Assembly: GCA_964016885.1 (NCBI GenBank)
Contig: OZ024755.1
Span: forward strand, 5,456,001 to 5,520,000
Direction of reading: 5' to 3'
From: Eledone cirrhosa
Lineage: Eukaryota
DNA length: 64,000 nucleotides
The position numbers and the translations under genes were made by a program. Under the pieces are notes generated by a model. It searched no databases and was not told the origin of the DNA. It worked only from the letters and a program-made list of their open reading frames with translations. Shown piece after piece: positions 55,701-64,000 of this stretch (the first letter of the stretch is position 1; each line of letters opens with the position of its first letter).

Positions 55701-56839
55701 CTATATATACATGGAATATACGTGTAGTCAGAACCTGTAGCTCAAAGAGTCAGCCTTGTCACACACAGTGTCACGCTGAATCTCGCCAATAATCACGTTC
55801 AGGATACACGTGTCTGTGGAATACTAAATCACTTACATGTCAATTCCATGATTACCTTGGTTCGTACTATTCCACATTCATACACACAGCTATATATACA
55901 CACAGCTATACATACATACATACATACATACATACACACAGCTATACACATATACACAGCTATTCACTCATACATACATACATACATACACACATACATA
56001 CATACACACATACATACATACACACACACAGCTCTACACACGTACACGGCATGTATAAATGACTGAAACAAAGCGAAGGAATGTTATTCTTCTACTTAAG
56101 ATGTTCCACTCTCCACACAAAAGCCCATCCCATAATAATTGACAATGCTTTCTTACTCCTATTTCCATACAAAGAAAACATCTGTGACAACGATTAATGA
56201 ATTCATAATTTAAAACAACAACAACAAATCTTGGGAGTGAGTGTGTTGGGTTTTCTTCAGTTCTGACGAGGAGTGTCCCCAGTGAGTCGATCATCGATAT
56301 TAACATAGCTAGCTAGGGCAATTAACTGATAATTCCACAGATGTGTACACCCTTAAGCTCTAGTTCACTCGTTCGATGGAGCGTTTGCTACACATCTCGG
56401 AAGTTGCTTTTCGCTAATTTCCAATAGCCCAAATGCGATTCTCGCTAATTTATATATATATATATATATATATATGTGTTCAATTACGTTACCGGTCTCG
56501 CGATATCATCAGGCAGCATCAATGGACCGGGCAAAAATGATGTTTTCTTAGCCGAAGTCCGTTCCCCAACCTTACTACTTCTATATACCTGGCCTTATAC
56601 CACATTACTATTATAACTAACTTTACTACTTCTATATACCTGGCCACTATTATAACTAACTTTACTACTTCTATATACTCATCTTAATCCTCGGCGGGAT
56701 TATGTCTGATTTTCTTCGACAGAAAAAATTCTAAGTCAGACTGTTGACTATTATGAAAGATCCAGAAAAAGCTCGTGGGATCAATTCCATGGTCGCCCGC
56801 TGTTTTCATAACATCAATAGCATTCTTAATCTGTTAAGT

Positions 56840-56887
<48 letters not shown>

Positions 56888-57173
56888 CTTCTCCAACAGC
56901 TGACTTATTTCACTGTCTGTGTCTGTCTCAATAGAGTATATATATATACCTTGTTTTGTTTACAATTGGTTGGCCTCCCTTCACTCTATCTACCTATCTA
57001 GAGAGTGTATGTGTGTGTGTGTGTGTGTGTGTGTACAATTGATTTACTGATCTATCTATCTATGTTTTTCTGTGAGTGAGTGAGTGAGTGTTTACAATTG
57101 ATTTGCTCCCCACTCTATATTTCTCTTTGCCTATCTATCCATCTGTGTGAGGTACAGAGAGTGAGAGAGCGAG

Positions 57174-57221
<48 letters not shown>

Positions 57222-57789
57222 ACTGGTTGGCTACACATACATACATATGTATGTATGTATCTTTCCTTGCTTCTACTTCTATCCCAGTGTTTCTGAATCA
57301 GACGAGACCAAAATATTTGAGGAATTACAATAAATAAATAAATAAATAAATAAATAAATTCCAACTATTTCAGCCAACATTGCATCCTCAGCCAGCTTAA
57401 TTTAACACAAAAACCATTTAGTAATTGAGATGGAATGGACCTCCGTGTGTGTCGACGATGAATGCTCCAGTTGTTCTTATAAACAGAATGACTTGCTGGT
57501 GAAATTAAATGTGCAAGTGGCTGAGTACTCTGCAAAGATGTGTACCTTTAACGTCATTTTCAGGGAGATTCAGTGTGACTCAGTGTGACAAGGGTAGCCA
57601 TTGCGACAGACAGACTTCCAGACAGTTTCTGTCTACGCAAATTTCATCTCAAGAAGGTGCTGTGGTGTATAATGGAATGTGGAGTATAAAAGTGCCCTGG
57701 TATATAAAGTCAGAAGAGAGAATATTCAGAGTAGATAAATTTATCAAGATTTGTATTCAAGCAAACAAAAAGCAACAACATTTAAAGAC

Positions 57790-59480
57790 TCGAGTAATTA
57801 GTGTTGTTGATGAAAATGAAGCACCAGACGTGACCAAGTGATAAAATCAAGAATATAATGGAAGACGTAAAAATCAGATAAACACCAGATGAAGACGAAG
57901 GACCCATTCAGATCCTCGAAAAAGAAAAAAAAAAAAAGGATCCAGTTTGTTGGCAGGAAGCCAATCTTCACAATATCTATCAACTGAAATAAAACCCTCG
58001 GTAGCTAGAATGGTGACATTAGATATTTTAAATCTACAAACCCATCAGCCTCTTCCTGACTATTTTCTACAAACTATTCACCAAAGTATTCACCAAAGTA
58101 TTTAAAGATGGCGTCAATACCTTTTCAGACTTTACCCAAACAAGGGAACGGCGAGAAGAAAGGTTTTTAACAATTGACGACTTAAAGGTCAGAAAGGAAG
58201 ATATCGGAGAACTTAGGCTACCATTGTGTTCAAGCTTTATTGATTCTGAGAAAACCTTCGATAGCATTGAAAGTCCAGCTGTGCTTGAAGCTCTTATTGA
58301 TCAGAGAATACTTGAAACTTGTATAAAGACTGTTAAGACATTGTAGAGCGAGGAAACGTTATCTCTGAGACTTCACACTGAATGCGAAAATATCAATATT
58401 AGAAGAGAAATAAAATAAATGGATATGATATCGCCCAAATTCTTTAATGCTGCACTGGAAGGAATCTTTAAAAAGCTTAACTGGGATGAAAAAATAAATA
58501 AACAGAAATGGCAAAATGTAAGGTCATTTAGGTTTGCTGATGGCGTTCTCCGCTTCAGAAATGGTGGCTAATGATCTGGAACAAATATTTAAAGAACTCA
58601 AGAAGGTGAGACTAAAAATAACTATGAAGAAATCTCATGAAGTCATGTTGAAGAGCCATGCAACAAGTGAAGTCACCAAAGTTAACCATGATACTATGAT
58701 TATAAATATTTTGGAGAGCTGGTAAAAGTGGAATACAGCTATTTAGATGATGTAAGAAAAAAAAAAAGAAGAATCCAAGCTGGTCGATGTGATTTTCGTG
58801 AATTAATTATAGAGTTATATTTGAGGAGAGTCAAGTTGCCCGAAAAATATAGTAAAACACACTGTTTGGTTTGGTTTTCGCTTCAGTATAACCTTTATAT
58901 TTCTATAAACAATTTTGCTGGCAATCAATGTATGTTTATCATTGATTGACCGACAATTAAAAAATATAAATATAGTTTCTCAGAATTCTTTCGTCACACA
59001 TATCTGTAACATCATCAGTGATTATGTTTCTATGTTTCCCCCGTTGTGCTCCTATAATTATAGAGTGTTTGACCAGAGTATCCTACCAAGCAGCAGTGTA
59101 TTATACTTATGGAGGAGCAGAGACATGGTTAATTACAAAATAACATGGAGGAGAAACTTAGAACAAGATATTGTGAAATATGTATTTTAAGAACCTCTTA
59201 AAAGGACAGAAGTATTTGTCAGGGTAAAATAGAGAAAACAGAAGTTTAAGACAACGTAAAGTATATTAAGGAGAGAAAATATAGGTGAGCTGGTCACGTG
59301 ACGTTGGTCATGTGACAACAGACGGACAAAGCCGTGTACAGAAAGACTGAAGAAGATAACATCAGTAGGAGGACAATGGATATAGCAGAAATATGTGATC
59401 GATATATTTATGGGCGTTACATGAAGAAGATCGATAAATGCTATGAGGACTGATTGGAAATTAGGTTGGACAGGTAACTT
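57790..59480 (+). pseudogene. Decayed non-LTR retrotransposon reverse transcriptase (RTE-like)
   Basis: Fragments YKPISL/YKLFTKV, LPLCSSFIDSEKTFDSIE..AVLEAL, ISPKFFNAALEGIFKKLNW, RFAD, RRIQAG, VFDQSILP, TYG..ETW, AGHV; many stops and frameshifts. Confidence 0.9.
58816..59054 (-). mobile_element. Insertion within the LINE carrying a hammerhead-like core (58978-59022)
   Basis: Flanked by direct repeat TAATTATAGAGT (58804-58815, 59055-59066). Minus strand CUGAUGA-U-GUUACA(GAUAUG)UGUGAC-GAAA-GAAUUC-UGAG. Confidence 0.55.
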
Positions 59481-59647
59481 CACTGTAATGACGACAATGA
59501 TGATTATGATGGTGATGGTGGTGGTGATGATGGTGATAGTAATGATGATGATGTGAGTTACATAGAGCAGGACCAGTTGAGGTTAAAATGTTAAAAGACT
59601 TTAACAACTGTGACGACGATGTATTTGTTTTGCAAGGTTTTTTAAAA

Positions 59648-59793
59648 ATATGAAATCGTGTGTTGAAACAGATAGTGTTATATTTGGGGAGGGTTATGTT
59701 GACCCAACATTGCCAAAAATATATTTTGTGGCAATATTAGGACATGACCCTCCCCAAATATAACCATAGCTATTTCAACACACGATTTCATAT
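59648..59793. mobile_element. ~146-bp palindromic MITE-like hairpin, followed by a partial repeat
   Basis: atatgaaatcgtgtgttgaaa...tatttggggaggg / ccctccccaaata...tttcaacacacgatttcatat. Confidence 0.75.
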
Positions 59794-62093
59794 CATATTT
59801 TGTGGAAATATTAAAACAACATGACCCTCTCCGAATATAACAACTTTAACAAGTATGGGTGATATTTAAACTTGATGCTAACATCATTTGAGCAATACTG
59901 GTAGAATATTTTCCACTCTACATTGTAGAAATGATGGTGTACACATAGCAGAGGTTCAGAGAATAAAAATTAAGTTATTACATGTAATTTTATATACTAT
60001 ACATACTTTAATCTATGCATATCATCACTCGGTGTCATAAACAACTCAAGTAGGTTTAACAGGACCATTAGAGATGTTATATTTAACAAAAAAGAGAATA
60101 ATGATAATGGTTTGTTTCTAATTTAGGAACAACGTTTGCAGTTTTGAATTTTGAGGCAGGGAAAAAAAAAATCGATTAAATTATCCCCAGTACTTGACTG
60201 GTAGTTTATTTTATCGACCGACTCCGGAAAAATGAAAAATAGAGTTGACCTCGGGAAGATTTGAACTCAGTATATAAAGAACCGTTATTTAAATGCTGTA
60301 AAGCGTTCTTTTTTATTTGGGAGCTTTAACAGTTCTGATGGCAAATATTATACAACTAGAAATGTTTTTCAACACGCTGAAGTGTATATGTATATGTGTG
60401 TGCGTATGTGTATATGCATCCATTTATATGTATGAGTATACAAATATAAACGTCCAAACACAGACACATTTACAAAAATACACACTCACAGACATACATT
60501 CACATAAATACACAAACATTCACACAAACACAACATACATTTACACAAACATACACAGGCACATACACACACATACATTTACAGGCACACACACACATAC
60601 ATTCACACATATGCACATAAACTCAGACAGCGTAACAAATGGAACGTAAGCCTCTGTTTTGCTATAGTATTTTTCACCATCCCCTTCTTTCCTTTCACAC
60701 AAACACATATATTCACACAAACACACACACACACACACACATACTGTGACGGACGGAAGTGACTTAAATTTATATATAGTTATATATAGATGTAGCGTTT
60801 GAAATGTAGTTTGAATTCAAAGAATTTACATTCTCATTTTCCACATATAATTCTACAGAAATAAATAAATAAATAAGATGTTGGTGGGGGGCGGAGAGTT
60901 CGACCATAATGGTATCATCTCCCAGTGGCCTAGATCTATATTGGACTGATTTACGTATTGACCTGTCCAAATAGGCTGGCCACTCGGATCGTTTCATGTC
61001 ATCTCAGATTACAGTCAAGTAGGACGTAATTAAGATATATGAACAGACTTTAATGTAGAAGTGCTTAGCTAAATGATGTAAATGAGACGTGGGTGAGAAA
61101 GGCTTCAACGTACGCTCACTTGTCAAGCAACTATAACTACGAAATAATTGTTTCTACTTTTGGCACAAGGCCAGCAATTATGCCAGTGTATTACTGGTAC
61201 TTTATATTTTATCGACTTCGCAAGGATGAAAGGCAAAGTTAACCTCGGCGGGATTTGAACTCAAAAATGTATACATACTTCAACAGCATTCTAATAAATA
61301 TTGCCTGTACAGATAATCAAAGTGTGTATACTTTTTCTTGGTACGCTCTGAATTGGTAGAGCGCCGGTCGGATAAAATTCCATTGCAGTATTTGAACCGT
61401 CTCTTTACGTTCCCTGTTCAAATCCTGCTGAGTAAAGTTTTACCTGGGATTGGTTTAATCAACTTTGCCCTCCCCTTAATTATGTTAGCCCTGTGTCTAA
61501 ATTAGAAATACATATACACGATTGATTGCAAGATTTTGCATTGTATAGCTTAATATTGATCTTTTAACTCCGACCCGCCTGAAATTGACCCTAGCTCTAC
61601 GATACAAAATTGTTTGTTTTCAAGATATAATATTTATCTACAAACCTTCGGTTATAATGTTAAGAAAGACATTTTAAGTTATGTTCTAAATTCTAGAAAT
61701 CCTTCAAAAATTCCTGATTTTTTTCAAAAATTATTAAAAAAATTCACTGACAAAGTTTTTCATTGGAAAAAAATCTAGTAACGAAAATATTAAACAATGA
61801 ATCTTTAAAGTAAGAAATAACCAGCTTCGACCTAGATGTTTTTAAGATATAAGACATACGATAGGTTACAAATTGTTGCATTTTATACCATTTTCAAAGA
61901 ACCATTCCAAGTACTAAAAGCACAGGTAGGTTTTAAGTCAATAAAAGCCGACGACTGCGCGTTGAAAAAGTGAGTAAAATTGTCGAAGACGATTGCATGT
62001 CGGAACCTTTTATGTGAGCCGCCGCCGCCGCCTTTCATATGTCGTCTCTTGGAAACTATACAAAGACTAATGCATTTATAGACACGTCAACCA

Positions 62094-62140
<47 letters not shown>

Positions 62141-63210
62141 TGTGTGCTCGTGTGTAAGTACACGCGCACACACAGACAGACACACATTATACATACATAT
62201 ACAAATATATATATATATATATATATATATTTGTATATGTATGTATATATATATATATATATATATATAATGCAAATTATGTTTGGGAAACGCAATTATG
62301 CTCTGAATAATTGATTCTTATTTATTCCTTCATCGAGCAAAGTTGGTGTCTTTTGGACTCTTTCATATGTATATACCTAGAGAGAGAGAGGGGGGGGATG
62401 GAGTGTGTGTGTGTATACACACTCACACAATGTATGTGTATGCACATATATACACACTCTCACACAACAATGTATGTGTATGCACGTATGCACACACACA
62501 CATATATATATATACACATAGCTATAATTAAATATATGTATATATGGTGAAGTGACCTTAGTTTCTCTATCAGATAAACTCACCAGCAATTAACGCTTGT
62601 CTTATAATTATTATAGCGTACAACATACACAACAATATGCCCACATATATATACGATAATATAAGCATCATATACTATAATATACACATCATATACTATA
62701 ATATACACATCATATACTATAATATACACATTATGTATAGAGACCTGACCAGACAAGATGCTTTCAAATAGGTTGCAATGATTAGATTTTATTAAATAAT
62801 ATTAATGGAAATATGTTTTTATTGACTGAAATTACGAATCAAATGGAACAGAGTAGTAAGACTTCATTACAATCAACCCACATCTTACGCGGTTTGTACA
62901 AAGTGGTTTTTCAGCATACGCGGCCACAAAACATTTTTTGAAGACTCAAAAAATATTCTAAGACTCTTACCGTTCTGTTCCACATGAAGTGATATAAAAA
63001 CAAACAAATAAACAACACAACACAAAACAACCCCTACCAACCTTTTCAAGAGTTTTCTTAACCTCCAGAGAACTTGACGTTATGCGGGCTACAAAACGTT
63101 GTCGTACATAGCAACGTTTATATAACGAGTCGTGGAGATGCGTGGTTGTTTTAGTATATCGCAGGGATACACACACTCTCTCTCTCTGAATGTGTATATA
63201 TATATATATT

Positions 63211-63410
63211 TAATATAGAAAAGGCTTCTACAGGACTAGAACTGTTTCATTCGGGAGAAATCATCAGGGCTTCCTGATGATTTCTCCCGAATGATACAGT
63301 TCTAGTCCTGTAGAAGCCTTTTCTATATTATATAATAAATATTCATACCTGCTATGTATTCAGTACCTTATTTACTATGCTTACCCCCGATAGAACCCGG
63401 CATAAACTTT
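63211..63410 (+). mobile_element. Palindromic hammerhead mini-element in (TA)n
   Basis: Near-perfect 120-bp palindrome 63211-63330. Plus-strand HHR at 63268-63318: GGCUUC-CUGAUGA-UUUC(UCCC)GAAU-GAUA-CAG(UUCUAGUC)CUG-UA-GAAGCC. The other arm has intact GAAA. Tail GTATTCAGTACC. Confidence 0.8.
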
Positions 63411-63713
63411 ATATATATATTACATATATACATATACTCACATGCATATACACACACACACACACATATATATAGTTACTTAAGTGATTTGGCATTACGA
63501 AAGAGTGAGTTCTCGATATGTAAACAGAGGTAATTTGTATATTTCAAGATAATACTAATACAATATATTAATGTGTGTGTATCTGAAATAGTTGGGAAAA
63601 TCATAATTTAGACAAGTAAATTCTTATATAAATATATAATTTTCATCTCCTATCAATCCTATACGTATATATGCGTGTATATGCCAATATTTTTACACAC
63701 GCACAAAATATAT

Positions 63714-63764
<51 letters not shown>

Positions 63765-64000
63765 TAAACGTAAAGCAATGGACTAGATTGCTGTTGTTTG
63801 CGCCAACAGATACCGATTAAATGTATGTATGGCTGCTGAAAGAGAATTCTCCGCGTTCTGTTTAGTACATCATGTGAGCAATATATGTAAATTTTATTTC
63901 CAGTGAAAGGAACAGAACAAGAATTTAATTAGTAACTACCATTAAGGTGTAGTGCCAATAAATTGAAACAGTAGAATAAAACGGAGCCATAAGAATCATA

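Overview
AT-rich, repeat-dense eukaryotic DNA with long (TA)n/(CA)n/(GA)n and trinucleotide tracts, tRNA-derived SINEs, RTE-type LINE relics and MITEs. The SINE and microsatellite repertoire resembles an octopus/cephalopod genome (inference). None of the supplied ORFs is a credible standalone gene: they are microsatellite or TE read-throughs, though a few overlap short exon candidates. Four short minus-strand exon candidates with strong splice sites (51375-51451, 22437-22488, 9048-9077, 7072-7124) suggest most of the window is intron of one minus-strand gene. A separate weak plus-strand terminal-exon candidate lies at 245-356. The most notable signal is a set of hammerhead ribozyme (HHR) motifs of the minimal type I kind known from Penelope-like retroelements. 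Four have complete cores (12505, 14460, 27172, 39468) and one is weaker (58978). In addition, four short palindromic elements (8727, 24604, 49372, 63211) fold back inside the hammerhead itself, share a GTATT(G/C)AGTA tail motif, and sit in TA/CA microsatellites. All structures were paired by eye, no database search was run, and TE boundaries are approximate.
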